Origin: an uncultured Pseudomonadota bacterium
Lineage (GTDB): Bacteria > Vulcanimicrobiota > Vulcanimicrobiia > Eremiobacterales > Eremiobacteraceae
Length of the DNA: 64,000 bases
Assembly (NCBI GenBank): GCA_963736005.1
Contig: CAVTNB010000001.1
Coordinates: 1,440,001-1,504,000 of the forward strand
Reading direction: 5' to 3'
Shown here one piece after another: positions 23,075 to 32,316 of the stretch. Under the pieces are notes generated by a model that did not search any database, was not told the origin of the DNA, and worked only from the letters and a program-made list of their open reading frames with translations. The number at the start of each line of letters is the position of its first letter. Positions within the stretch are counted from its first letter, which is position 1. The translations under genes were made by a program, and so were the position numbers.

Positions 23075-23749
23075 CTATCCCAACCGCCAAAAATCTCCAC
23101 TGAGCCCCAACTCCGCAAACCTCGCCTGCGTTTCTTCCAGGGTGAAGCGCCGCCAGTTTGGGTCGCGTCGGTCGCCACTGTACCATGCGTTGGCAAGTCG
23201 CCAGCATTGGCCGAGCGGAAGCACGGCACCGCGATCGAAGCGCCAATCTTTGCACCATTTCGCAACGTGCTCTTCCGACCGGAAGAGGAGCATGGTCTTT
23301 CAGTTAAAGACGATGTCGTCCCACCATCGCGCCGCAGGAAGAGCGAAATGAGCAATGCGTTCGTCGTCATCAGTACAGTCGTCCGGTGCTTGCAACGTCA
23401 TGGCCGTGCCGCAGCAGCCACATGAAGTTTCAATGCGGGCTTTGCCTCGGAGCATTGCTGCGATGCCCATTGCATCCCAGATGCAGTTGCCATACCAAGA
23501 AAATTGGCCAATGCTCACAAAAAACGGGGTCGGCACTGCCGAGAACGGATTCGCCATGAGGATCTCGCCATTGCGTTGCAAGACGAACATGTGCGCGTCA
23601 CTCAGCCGGCGCAACGCGTCGCGGATATTTGCCTGCGTCGTCCCAGTCGTTGAGACCAGCGTGGAAATCAATGGTACCGTGCCGCCGGCCATGAGCTTTT
23701 CGTAGACCAATCGGCGCAACTCTAAATCTAACGCTTGCAGATCTGCCAT
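23075..23749 (-). CDS. MerB-like organomercurial/organometallic lyase, probable selenoprotein (in-frame TGA at 23300..23302)
   Basis: MANPFSAVPT and WYGNCIWDA (MerB CxxD). ORF 23300..23749 continues in frame through TGA-AAG-ACC into ORF 23075..23293, giving 224 aa. Confidence 0.8.
23270..23287 (-). promoter_or_regulatory. Putative bacterial SECIS element
   Basis: CTCTTCC-GGTC-GGAAGAG: 7-bp perfect stem; the G-leading loop follows 19 nt after the TGA. Confidence 0.7.
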
Positions 23750-23805
23750 ACGCTTTCGTGTTTGACAGTCGCTGCCCCGATCACTCGCGGGTGCAGGAGC
23801 GCGTT

Positions 23806-23832
23806 AGCGGACCTAAAGGTCCGCTGCTACAT
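23806..23832 (-). repeat. REP family A, intergenic copy
   Basis: AGCGGACCTAAAGGTCCGCTGCTACAT (GTAG on the minus strand). Confidence 0.9.
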
Positions 23833-23970
23833 CCGCGACTTGACCGACTACACGTCTGCGGCGACACGAACGTAGCGCTCGTTCACAATTTGGCCATAAC
23901 TTGAGCAGCGGCGCGGTCAAACATCGCCTATAAGGTTAGCCTCCCACGAATCTTACGGAGGCTTTCTTCG

Positions 23971-24654
23971 ATGAATACTCCGGATGCGCTGACGTCGGCT
24001 GCCAGCGGCATGCGCACGCAGGCCGCCGAGCTCGACACCGTCGCTTTCAACCTTGCCAACGCTTCAACCGTGGGGTATCGTTCGCGCACCGAGGCATTTT
24101 CCCAATTCGGTGAGGGCCTTGTGGCGCACGCGGGCACAAGCCAAGCACAAGGCCCATTGCGTCACACCGGCATTGCAACAGATCTCGCGCTGGTTGGCCA
24201 AGGATACTTTGCCGTTGCAACTCCCCAAGGCGTGCGCTATACGCGCGATGGGCGCCTGAGCCCAGACCCGCGGGGTTACTTGCGCGACGCTGCAGGCAAT
24301 CCAGTCCTCGGATCCTTAGGGCCCGCTCGCTTCCCACAGAGCGCGCGCGTTCTCGAAGATGGGCGAATCATCGCCCACGGTGCGATCGTCGACCGTCTGC
24401 GCATCGTAACCTTTGATTCGCCGTGTTCGGCCCTCGATGAGAATCTTTTTGCGGCGCCTGTCGAGTCGGTGCCGAAGCGATCGTCTGCGGCTGTGCGCGC
24501 CGGATATCTTGAGGATTCCGGAGTTGATGCTGTCGCAGAGATGACCTCGCTGATTTCCGCGGAACGCGCATTCGAAGCAAATCAAAAATCCATTCAACGT
24601 ACCGACGAATCGCTCCGCAGACTGGTCACCGAAATCCCGCTGGTGCGGCCATGA
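23971..24654 (+). CDS. Flagellar basal-body rod protein (FlgF/FlhO-like)
   Basis: NLANASTVGY, TDLALVGQGYFAV, YTRDG, GYLEDSGVDAVAEM..RAFEANQK. Confidence 0.85.
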   Translation: MNTPDALTSAASGMRTQAAELDTVAFNLANASTVGYRSRTEAFSQFGEGLVAHAGTSQAQGPLRHTGIATDLALVGQGYFAVATPQGVRYTRDGRLSPDPRGYLRDAAGNPVLGSLGPARFPQSARVLEDGRIIAHGAIVDRLRIVTFDSPCSALDENLFAAPVESVPKRSSAAVRAGYLEDSGVDAVAEMTSLISAERAFEANQKSIQRTDESLRRLVTEIPLVRP

Positions 24655-25382
24655 ACAAGACTCTCGCGGTCGCCGCCGCAGGCATGGCCACCCAGCAAGC
24701 CGTGCTCGATAGCATCGCTGCAAATCTGGCCAACGTCGATGTGCCCGGCTATAGAGTAACCCGCACCGATTTTTCCGCTTTTATGAATGCGGACGGCCGC
24801 GTCATGGCACCGGAATCCGGAGACGCGCGACGGCTGTTCACCCAAGGCCATTTGGACCCGACTGACAATCCGCACGACCTTGCCATTGACGGTGAAGGTT
24901 TTTTCTCGGTCATCACTGCGGCTGGCCAACGAGGCTATACACGCGCCGGCAACTTTTTGCCGGATGCAATGGGTCGCCTGCGCCTTCCGAATGGAGCGGT
25001 TCTCGAAGGCGTTCGACTTCCTTCCGGCACGGTCACCTTCACGGTGGACGAGCGGGGAAAAGTGCTGGCGCAGGTAGCCGGTCGCCCAGGGGACGCGGGC
25101 GCGGGGCGCATCGCCCTTGCGACCTTTGCAAACAATAGTGGATTGCGTCTTGGCCCCGATGGATTATTCTACCAAACTCCCGCGGCTGGTCGCGTGCGCA
25201 GCGAGCCAGGCGGCGCACCGCTCGGCAAGATCAAGCAGCGCTGCTTGGAGCGGGCCAACGTGACCGTCGTCGCGGCTATGATGGCGGTCCTCGCCGCCCA
25301 GCGTGCATATGAGGCAAACGCGAAGGTCGTGCAGGCGGCCGACGAGATGCTCCGCCTCGCGAACAATCTCGAGCGCACCTGA
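24651..25382 (+). CDS. Flagellar basal-body rod protein (FlgG/FlhP-like)
   Basis: IAANLANVDVPGY, DLAIDGEGFF, YTRAGNF, QRAYEANAKVVQAADEML. Confidence 0.88.
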   Translation: MNKTLAVAAAGMATQQAVLDSIAANLANVDVPGYRVTRTDFSAFMNADGRVMAPESGDARRLFTQGHLDPTDNPHDLAIDGEGFFSVITAAGQRGYTRAGNFLPDAMGRLRLPNGAVLEGVRLPSGTVTFTVDERGKVLAQVAGRPGDAGAGRIALATFANNSGLRLGPDGLFYQTPAAGRVRSEPGGAPLGKIKQRCLERANVTVVAAMMAVLAAQRAYEANAKVVQAADEMLRLANNLERT

Positions 25383-25615
25383 TGCAGGCGCAACTTCGAG
25401 AGGCCTGCGGCGAGTTCGAGCAAGTCATGCTAACCTCGCTCGTGCCGCGCTCTCTTTTCAGCCTTGGGATTGAGAGCGGAAGCGAGAGCGAGCCATCGCT
25501 TGGGTCGGCTTGGGCCGCAGACCTCTTCCCGCAAGTTTTCGCTGCTGCGCTCGAGCGCGCCGGCGGCATCGGACTTCGGACAGAGTTCCTTCACGATCTG
25601 TGGGAGCCAGCGTGA
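25382..25615 (+). CDS. FlgJ-like rod-binding protein (short)
   Basis: LREACGEFEQVML..GGIGL; follows the flgG-like gene. Confidence 0.7.
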   Translation: MQAQLREACGEFEQVMLTSLVPRSLFSLGIESGSESEPSLGSAWAADLFPQVFAAALERAGGIGLRTEFLHDLWEPA

Positions 25616-26385
25616 TCGCGCCACACGACGAGGAGCTCGAAACAGCCGCGCGCGCATTTCTTGCGACCCGCTCCGCGGGCGCGCGCGAACGCCTCTGCGA
25701 GGCAGCCATGCCACTCGTGAGGCGCATGGCCATGAGCATTTTGCGGCGTTTACCGGCGCATTTCACGCCTGACGACCTTATCGGAGACGGTTGCGTTGGC
25801 TTGTTGCGGGCGATCAATCGCTTCGACCCGGATCGCGGCATGCGCTTTGAAGTTTGGGCGGCGCGGCTTGTGCGCGGCGCCATCCTCAATGGCCTGCGCA
25901 CGATGGATCTCATCCCCGAGCGCGTGCGCCGCGACGCGCGCAGCCTCGACCGCGCTCGTTGGCGCCTGGCGCAACATCAGGGCACAGCACCTACTGATTC
26001 GGCGGCGGCGGCGCGTGCTGGCTTGAACGCAAGAAAACTCAATGCCGTGCTGCTCGCCTTGCGCCGAGCGGTGCCCGCATCGCTCGATGCGCCGCCTCCG
26101 CAAGCATTCGACCAAACGTCCGTGCTTGCCGACCGGCTGGCTTCCCAGAGTGACGACCCCGGCCGCACGATCGCGGATCGAGCGATCGCCGATGCAGTTG
26201 CCAGTGCAGTGCAATCTCTCGGCACGCGCGAGCGACTCATCATTGCATCTTTCTATTCGGGCGGATCGACATTTCGCGCCATCGGCGGGCGGTTGGGTAT
26301 CAGCAAGCAGCGCGTCTCGCAGATCCACGGACGGGCGCTTGAGAGCTTGCGCAGCATCCTCGTCGCTCAGCACCTCGACGCGTGA
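25612..26385 (+). CDS. FliA/WhiG family sigma-28 factor
   Basis: DDLIGDGCVGLLRAINRFDPDRG..RGAILNGLR; IGGRLGISKQRVSQIH. GTGA overlap start. Confidence 0.88.
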   Translation: MIAPHDEELETAARAFLATRSAGARERLCEAAMPLVRRMAMSILRRLPAHFTPDDLIGDGCVGLLRAINRFDPDRGMRFEVWAARLVRGAILNGLRTMDLIPERVRRDARSLDRARWRLAQHQGTAPTDSAAAARAGLNARKLNAVLLALRRAVPASLDAPPPQAFDQTSVLADRLASQSDDPGRTIADRAIADAVASAVQSLGTRERLIIASFYSGGSTFRAIGGRLGISKQRVSQIHGRALESLRSILVAQHLDA

Positions 26386-26660
26386 CCGTCTGGGCGTCTG
26401 GCTCGGCCGCGCTCAGTGCACCGGCGCCCGCCGGTACCACGTCGGCAGCGGAGCTAAAAACCGTGAGTGGTGTCGTCTTAGGAGGCTCGCTGAGCGGTGA
26501 CGTTGTGATTGCAAGCGCCGAGGCGCTGGCAATCGTGAGGGCAGGCCTGCTCGTTCGAGCCTTTGTCATCGCGGGAATCGAACTTATAACAAAAACCGTC
26601 GCGGTAGGCGGCGGTCGTTCGATTCGGCTTGCGTTTGGCGTGTATCGAGCGGTGCGCTAA
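26382..26660 (+). CDS. Hypothetical protein
   Basis: GTGA overlap with the sigma gene; fills the gap to the convergent divIVA. Confidence 0.35.
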   Translation: MTVWASGSAALSAPAPAGTTSAAELKTVSGVVLGGSLSGDVVIASAEALAIVRAGLLVRAFVIAGIELITKTVAVGGGRSIRLAFGVYRAVR

Positions 26661-27133
26661 GTCAACACGGCGCTCTTGGCGCTGGGGTGCATGTCGTCGA
26701 TCAGTTCCAGCTGCCGCGAGAGGAAGTTGCGTAGGTCATGCTTCGCGGCTACCGTTTTGTCATTGACCCGTTGGAGCTCTGCCTTCGCTTCGGCAATCTG
26801 TTGGCGGACCGCCTTGAGATCGTCTTCAATATCCAGCTTTGCTCGCGCTTTGATCACGTCGACTTCCTTATGCGCCGAAGCCTTGAGCTCGTCGGCGGTG
26901 CGCTGCGCAAGCACGAGCGTGCTGCGCAGGCTCTCCTCCATCGCTTTGAAATGCGAAACTTTATCCTGGAGCTCGCTCACCAGTGCTTCGAGGCGCGTCC
27001 GCTCCTCGACATCTGCCTCCAGCTGCTCGATAACGTCGTCGAGAAACTGGTCAACTTCCTCGCGCGCGTAGCCCTGAATCGACTTCTTGAACTCTTTGTG
27101 CTGAACGTCAACAGGCGTTATCTTGCCAGGCAC
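26657..27133 (-). CDS. divIVA: DivIVA domain protein
   Basis: ITPVDVQHKEFKKSIQGYAREEVDQFLD followed by coiled coil. Confidence 0.9.
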   Translation of the reverse strand: MPGKITPVDVQHKEFKKSIQGYAREEVDQFLDDVIEQLEADVEERTRLEALVSELQDKVSHFKAMEESLRSTLVLAQRTADELKASAHKEVDVIKARAKLDIEDDLKAVRQQIAEAKAELQRVNDKTVAAKHDLRNFLSRQLELIDDMHPSAKSAVLT

Positions 27134-27143
27134 TGCGTGTCCC

Positions 27144-27548
27144 TCAATATCCCTCGTAACCCGCTGCTGCGGCCAATTCGTTGTCGTGCGCTGTCACCGG
27201 TACGTTGGCGGGCACGAACAAATAGATGCTCTCGCCCAGGCGCTGCATCTTCCCGTCGACCGTGTACACAACCCCGCTGAGAAAATCCACGATTCTTTGA
27301 CTGAGCGTCCGATCTGCGCCCACAAGGTTCACGACGACGTGACGCCCACCGCGAAGGTTATCCGCAATCTCCGTCACTTCGTCGAAACGCCTCGGATGAA
27401 AAATCGACACGCCCCGGCAACGGCCGGATTTGCTCTCGGGAAAAAGCACGACGTTACGGCGCGTCTCGTCGCCCGGCACGACGTCATCGTAATCGTCGTC
27501 GGCGTCGGTGCCAGCGAAGAAGTCTCTGACTTTCGACCACATGCCCAT
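27144..27548 (-). CDS. sepF: Cell division protein SepF
   Basis: PRRFDEVTEIADNL..VVVNL..RIVDFLSGVVYTVDG..YLFVPANV. Confidence 0.92.
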   Translation of the reverse strand: MGMWSKVRDFFAGTDADDDYDDVVPGDETRRNVVLFPESKSGRCRGVSIFHPRRFDEVTEIADNLRGGRHVVVNLVGADRTLSQRIVDFLSGVVYTVDGKMQRLGESIYLFVPANVPVTAHDNELAAAAGYEGY

Positions 27549-27554
27549 AGTGCT

Positions 27555-28304
27555 CTACCTTCCTCCTGGGCTTTGATGTTCGTCTGTGACTGCGCGGAAG
27601 CCTATCGTGGAAAGACCCGGACGCGGGCCGAAGAGGGCGGTGCCGAGACGAAGCATCGTCGAGCCATGTGCCAGCGCAAGATCCATATCGTCACTCATGC
27701 CCATCGAGAGAATCGACGCGTTCGGCACATCGGCGCGCACTCGCTCGAAGCATGCAGCAGCGCGCGCAAAGGCCTCCGCGGCAGCGGCGGGATTGTTTGG
27801 TCCCATCGCCATCAGGCCGCGCACGCGAAGATGTCGGTGCTGCGCGAGCGCCTGCACAAAGTCTCCGAGCAAGTCAGGTGGGATGCCCTGGCGCTGGTCG
27901 CTTGCAACGTTGACTTGCACGAGCACGTCGAGCACCTTGCCTGCACTTGCGGCCCCTCGCTCGAGCGCCCCGGCGACCTCAAGGTCGTCAACCGTCTGCA
28001 CCAAGTCGAACAGGGCCGCAATCCGGCGGGCTTTGTTGCGCTGGACGCGGCCGATAAAGTGACGTTTGATACCCGAGGGCCACGAGATCCGATGGAACTT
28101 TTCTGCCGCTTCCTTATAGTAGTTCTCGCCGATATCGCGCAGTCCGGCGGCCAAGGCTGACTCGATTGCCTCCGTCCCAAAGCCTTTGGTGACGGCCACA
28201 ATCGTCACATCCGCCGGTGTGCGAGTGCTCGCCTGAAATGCTTGTTGAATTCTCGCGCGCACCGAGGCGAGGGCCAAGGCGACCTGGGTTTCGGCCTCCA
28301 TCAC
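27555..28304 (-). CDS. yggS: PLP homeostasis protein, YggS family
   Basis: VAVTKG, IGENY, HFIGRVQRNK, GLMAMG, LSMGMSDD..RLGTALFG. Confidence 0.93.
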   Translation of the reverse strand: MMEAETQVALALASVRARIQQAFQASTRTPADVTIVAVTKGFGTEAIESALAAGLRDIGENYYKEAAEKFHRISWPSGIKRHFIGRVQRNKARRIAALFDLVQTVDDLEVAGALERGAASAGKVLDVLVQVNVASDQRQGIPPDLLGDFVQALAQHRHLRVRGLMAMGPNNPAAAAEAFARAAACFERVRADVPNASILSMGMSDDMDLALAHGSTMLRLGTALFGPRPGLSTIGFRAVTDEHQSPGGR

Positions 28305-29416
28305 GCCGACGCCACCGATTCGCGCAGCATCCCCAAACGGCGATCGCGCCAGGCCGCGAAAGTGCCGCCGGTGATTGCCTCGCGCGCCGCTCGCGCGATG
28401 GCGACCAGCATGGCGATGTTATGGACGCTTACTAATCGCGCAGCCAACATCTCGCCCGCCCGGAAGCAGTGAGCGAGATACGCACGAGTAAAGAACTCGC
28501 ACGTGCTGCACGAGCACGTATCGTCAAGCGGAGTAAAATCATTCGCAAAGGCGGCATTGCGCAGGTTGAGGCGCCCTCGTGACGTCAGCGCGAGAGCGTG
28601 GCGCGCGCAGCGCGTCGGGTAGACGCAGTCGAACAGGTCGACACCGCGAGCGATCGCATCGATGATGTCTTCCGGCGTGCCAACGCCCATGAGGTAGCGA
28701 GGTTTGGATTCGGGCAACTCTTGAGCTGCCACCGAAACGATCTCAAGCCCACGCGATCGCTCCTCCCCTACCCACAATCCCCCAATCGCATACCCAGGAA
28801 AGTCGAGTGCGGCGAGCGCCTGCGCTTGCTGTTTGCGCAGACCTTCGTATGTCGAGCCCTGCACGATCGCAAACGTTAACTGATCCGCACGGCGTATCGC
28901 GCTCTTTGCGCGCGCGGCCCAACGCAAGGTTCGATCGGCTGCTTCGCGGGCCACGACTTCGTCGACGCCGGCAGGCACAAGTTGGTCCAACACCATCGCC
29001 ACGTCGCTGCCCAAGGCTTCTTGCAGTGCCACGACGGTTTCAGGAGTGAACATGTGGCGCGAGCCGTCCAAATGGGAAGCGAAGTGATACCCCTCATCGT
29101 CGACGTGCGAGAGTCTCGCGAGGGAAAAGATTTGAAAGCCGCCGCTGTCGGTGAGGATCGAGCCATTCCATGACATGAACTTGTGCAGACCACCCGCTCG
29201 CGCGATGATATCCTTGCCGGGGCGCAAGTATAGATGATAGGCGTTTGCCAAAAGCATCTCGACGCCGCTCGCCGACAATTCGCTCGGCGTCACTCCCTTG
29301 ACTGACGCTTGAGTCCCGACCGGCATAAACGCCGGCGTCTGGACGGCACCGTGAGCGGTGCGCAGCATTCCCGCGCGCGCGTGGCCATCGCGGGCATGCA
29401 TCGTGAAGCAGCTCAC
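28301..29416 (-). CDS. tgt: tRNA-guanine transglycosylase
   Basis: TPAFMPVGT, LTDSGGFQIFSL, KPRYLMGVG, FDCVYPTR, CSCSTC. Confidence 0.95.
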   Translation of the reverse strand: MSCFTMHARDGHARAGMLRTAHGAVQTPAFMPVGTQASVKGVTPSELSASGVEMLLANAYHLYLRPGKDIIARAGGLHKFMSWNGSILTDSGGFQIFSLARLSHVDDEGYHFASHLDGSRHMFTPETVVALQEALGSDVAMVLDQLVPAGVDEVVAREAADRTLRWAARAKSAIRRADQLTFAIVQGSTYEGLRKQQAQALAALDFPGYAIGGLWVGEERSRGLEIVSVAAQELPESKPRYLMGVGTPEDIIDAIARGVDLFDCVYPTRCARHALALTSRGRLNLRNAAFANDFTPLDDTCSCSTCEFFTRAYLAHCFRAGEMLAARLVSVHNIAMLVAIARAAREAITGGTFAAWRDRRLGMLRESVASA

Positions 29417-30366
29417 GGCGCTCCACCTGTCCGTAGCCGTTGTACGAGCGCGCGAAAATCGTCGGGCCAAGGCGACGTAAACCGCAACATCTTTCCCGTG
29501 ACTGGATGTTCGAACGACAGCTCTGCCGCGTGGAGTGCTTGCCGTTTCATCTGAAGACCGGGCAGGATCGGTCCGTAGGTCTGGTCCCCAATGACTGGGT
29601 GGCCGATGGCCGCCGCGTGTACGCGAATCTGATGCGTTCTCCCGGTTTCAAGTTCCAGGCGCAGCAACGAAGCAGATTCCGGCGCGTCCGTAGCGATGGA
29701 AGGAACCTTCGAGAACGTCTCCACCACGCGATAGTGCGTCACGGCTCGGCGGCCGTCGTCGCGCACGGTGAATTTCGTGCGAGCGCGTGGATCGCGGCCG
29801 AGCGGTGCATCGATGACTCCACGCGCATTGGGAGGAATTCCCCAAACCGCCGCATCGTACGAACGTTTGATTCGCCGTTTCGCCATGGCGCGGGTGAGTG
29901 CGGTCATCGCGCGCTCAGTCTTTGCGACAACCAACAGGCCCGAGGTCTCCTTGTCGAGGCGATGCACGATGCCGGGCCGCCGGACCCCGTTGATTGCAGG
30001 CAGTGAAGGAAAGCGCGCGAGCAAGCCGTTCAGCAGTGTCCCTTCAAGATTGCCGCGCCCGGGATGCGTCGCCATCCCGGCTGGTTTATCAACCACGCAG
30101 AAGTCCTCGTCATCGTGCACAATGCGGAGAGGCAATTCTTCCGGACTCGCTGCCGGCTCGCGCGGCGCAGGAGCGCTCACAAGAATCTGGGCACCTGCTT
30201 CGACGATCTGAGAAGCCTTCGCAGCGTGCGAGTTGATTCTTACGTGTCCGTCACGAATGAGCTCGGCACACGAGGAGCGCGAACGGTTGAGCAGCTTCGC
30301 CAAGACGACATCGAGTCTACGCCCTGCGTCGGCGGCGCTCGTGACGAAGGCGAGCTGTTGGGTCAT
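29413..30366 (-). CDS. rluD: RluA/RluD family pseudouridine synthase
   Basis: S4 domain, VDKPAGM, HRLDKETSG, LETGRTHQIRVH, RQALHA. Confidence 0.92.
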   Translation of the reverse strand: MTQQLAFVTSAADAGRRLDVVLAKLLNRSRSSCAELIRDGHVRINSHAAKASQIVEAGAQILVSAPAPREPAASPEELPLRIVHDDEDFCVVDKPAGMATHPGRGNLEGTLLNGLLARFPSLPAINGVRRPGIVHRLDKETSGLLVVAKTERAMTALTRAMAKRRIKRSYDAAVWGIPPNARGVIDAPLGRDPRARTKFTVRDDGRRAVTHYRVVETFSKVPSIATDAPESASLLRLELETGRTHQIRVHAAAIGHPVIGDQTYGPILPGLQMKRQALHAAELSFEHPVTGKMLRFTSPWPDDFRALVQRLRTGGAP

Positions 30367-30869
30367 TCGTCGGCCGCGGCGGCATCGCCAATCGGGGGCA
30401 GCGATTGCCTCGCCCTTTGCGCCGGCACTCGCTTCTCGTGCACCAGCATTTGGACGAGCAACAGACAGACACCAATCGTGATGGCCGAATCGGCGACGTT
30501 GAAGACCGGCCACACGCGAAAGTCAATGAAATCGTGAACGTAGCCAAAGCGCAAGCGGTCGATGATGTTCCCCACCGCGCCGCCAAAAATCAAAGCGAAG
30601 GCAATGTGCACGGAGGTCGAGGCGCCCTCTTTTCGATACCAGAGATAGAAACTAATCAAGACGAGCGATGCGGCAGCAGTTAAGAGCAATGGATGCGTGC
30701 CGAATAACCCGAATGCGCCATGATAGTTTTGCACGTAGGTGAGGTACAGCACATGCGGTATGACGATGCGGCTCTCGCCCGGCAGGAAGCTCGCGGCCAG
30801 CCACACCTTCGTGACGTGATCGAGCACGATCACCGCGAGCGCAAGGACCGCTAAGAGCAGCGTTCGCAC
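30363..30869 (-). CDS. lspA: Lipoprotein signal peptidase II
   Basis: QNYHGAFG, GGAVGNIIDR, DFIDF..WPVFNVAD. Confidence 0.95.
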   Translation of the reverse strand: MRTLLLAVLALAVIVLDHVTKVWLAASFLPGESRIVIPHVLYLTYVQNYHGAFGLFGTHPLLLTAAASLVLISFYLWYRKEGASTSVHIAFALIFGGAVGNIIDRLRFGYVHDFIDFRVWPVFNVADSAITIGVCLLLVQMLVHEKRVPAQRARQSLPPIGDAAAADE

Positions 30870-31220
30870 CTAGTGGCTCTTCCCGGATTGCTGCAAGAGG
30901 TGGACAAAATTCTGAACGAATTGGCTGACCCCGGGCAAGTTGGACTGAATGATCCGGTTCGCGATGGCGATGATGAGCGAGACGAGCAGCGTTGCTCCCA
31001 AGATGGTGCCGAGTCCGCGAGCTAACCCAGCCAAGAAGTTGAGCCACAGCAGACGCGCTGGGCGCTGCAGCAAGCCGATATAGTCGCCCAAATTCATCCG
31101 CTCGACAATTTTTGCGATGCGATCGACCTCTCGCGTAATGGCCCTGACTTGCTCCGTTTGATCGCTCGCGTCAGCGGGAGCGTCTTTGCGGTGGGCGTCG
31201 TCTGACTTCGGCGCGTACAT
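30870..31220 (-). CDS. DUF5665-like membrane protein
   Basis: YIGLLQRPARLLWLNFLAGLARGLGTILGAT. Confidence 0.7.
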   Translation of the reverse strand: MYAPKSDDAHRKDAPADASDQTEQVRAITREVDRIAKIVERMNLGDYIGLLQRPARLLWLNFLAGLARGLGTILGATLLVSLIIAIANRIIQSNLPGVSQFVQNFVHLLQQSGKSH

Positions 31221-31495
31221 TATTGCAATTCTTGCTCCACCATGGTTCGGAAAATCCTAACGACGGTTTGCAGCGCACGCAGAGCATGGACGATCATTGA
31301 ATTCTCGCCGCGATGAATGTCGAGTCCCAGCAAGACGGCTGCCACGATGAATGCGGCCGCCCCGGCTGCGGCACCCCCCACAAAGTTGCTCGCAAACACC
31401 GCTGACTCATTCGACCAGTAACGTGCCACGCGCTGGGCGCCGAGCCTGACCAACACGTGGCGCAACTCGCGCAGACTCTGAAGGGCGTCAATCAC
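31220..31495 (-). CDS. Hypothetical membrane protein, possible diverged paralogue of the downstream gene
   Basis: Coupled to both neighbours; VFASNFVGGAAAG resembles LWLNFLAGLARG. Confidence 0.55.
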   Translation of the reverse strand: MIDALQSLRELRHVLVRLGAQRVARYWSNESAVFASNFVGGAAAGAAAFIVAAVLLGLDIHRGENSMIVHALRALQTVVRIFRTMVEQELQ

Positions 31496-32268
31496 GCTGG
31501 CGAAGGGGTTTCTCCGTGCCCCTGATAGGACGCAAGGAGGCTCTCAATGCTTTGACCCGTGAGGTAGCTTATGTACACCGGCACGAGTGGCAGCACGCAA
31601 GGAGAAATAAATGAGACGAGTCCGGCAACAAACACAGCTCCCATGGACACGACGCTCCCCGAGGCCTCCGGTCCAGTGCCGATATTGGCCAGTGCAGGGA
31701 ATGTTTGATAGAGCCATCCCGTAAAACGCAAGAACGAATCGGTGACGAGCACGAGGCCCATGCCGATCACGATTAACCCTGCCACGATCTCAATGGCCGG
31801 CAAGAACCGTTTGATCCGATTGAGCAAGGGGAGCACGTATTGCAAGGCGATCGCAGTCCCTAGCAGCGGCAACGACAACCCAAGTGAATAGATGAAAAGA
31901 AGAAACGTGCCTTGACCGACGGTTTTCGCTTCGCTCGCATATGCGAGTACTGCGGCGAGAATGGGACCGATGCACGGCGACCAGCCAGCCGCGAACCCGA
32001 TGCCGACGAGGAACGATCCAACATAGGTAGCGTTCGTGTTGCGAAAGCGCAAGCGTTTGTCCATAGCGAGAAACGGCAAGCGAAACAGGCCCAGCATATT
32101 GAGCCCAAGAACGATGACCACCACACCGAAGACCCGCGTGATGAGGACGCGATATTCAGCAAAAACCTGTCCAAGCGCACTAGCCGTTGCGCCGGCCACG
32201 ATGAACACAAGCGTAAAGCCGGCGATAAAAATCAGCGAGTGAAGAATGACGTTGCGCCTGGTTGACAT
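31492..32268 (-). CDS. ccdA: Cytochrome c biogenesis/disulfide transfer protein CcdA, circularly permuted
   Basis: GWSPCIGPILAAVL lies mid-protein and AGLVSFISPCVLPLVPVYISYLTG at the C-terminus. Confidence 0.88.
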   Translation of the reverse strand: MSTRRNVILHSLIFIAGFTLVFIVAGATASALGQVFAEYRVLITRVFGVVVIVLGLNMLGLFRLPFLAMDKRLRFRNTNATYVGSFLVGIGFAAGWSPCIGPILAAVLAYASEAKTVGQGTFLLFIYSLGLSLPLLGTAIALQYVLPLLNRIKRFLPAIEIVAGLIVIGMGLVLVTDSFLRFTGWLYQTFPALANIGTGPEASGSVVSMGAVFVAGLVSFISPCVLPLVPVYISYLTGQSIESLLASYQGHGETPSPA

Positions 32269-32316
32269 GTAAGACTTGTCCTTTGTGCTGTGCTTTGACT
32301 TTCGGAGGGTGACGGA

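Noticed and set aside
23075..23749. Mercury resistance (mer) operon
   Set aside because: No merR, merA, merT or merP nearby; only the lone MerB-like gene.
23880..23940. Sigma-28 promoter before the flg genes
   Set aside because: GCCTATAA resembles the -10 box but there is no TAAA -35 at the right spacing.
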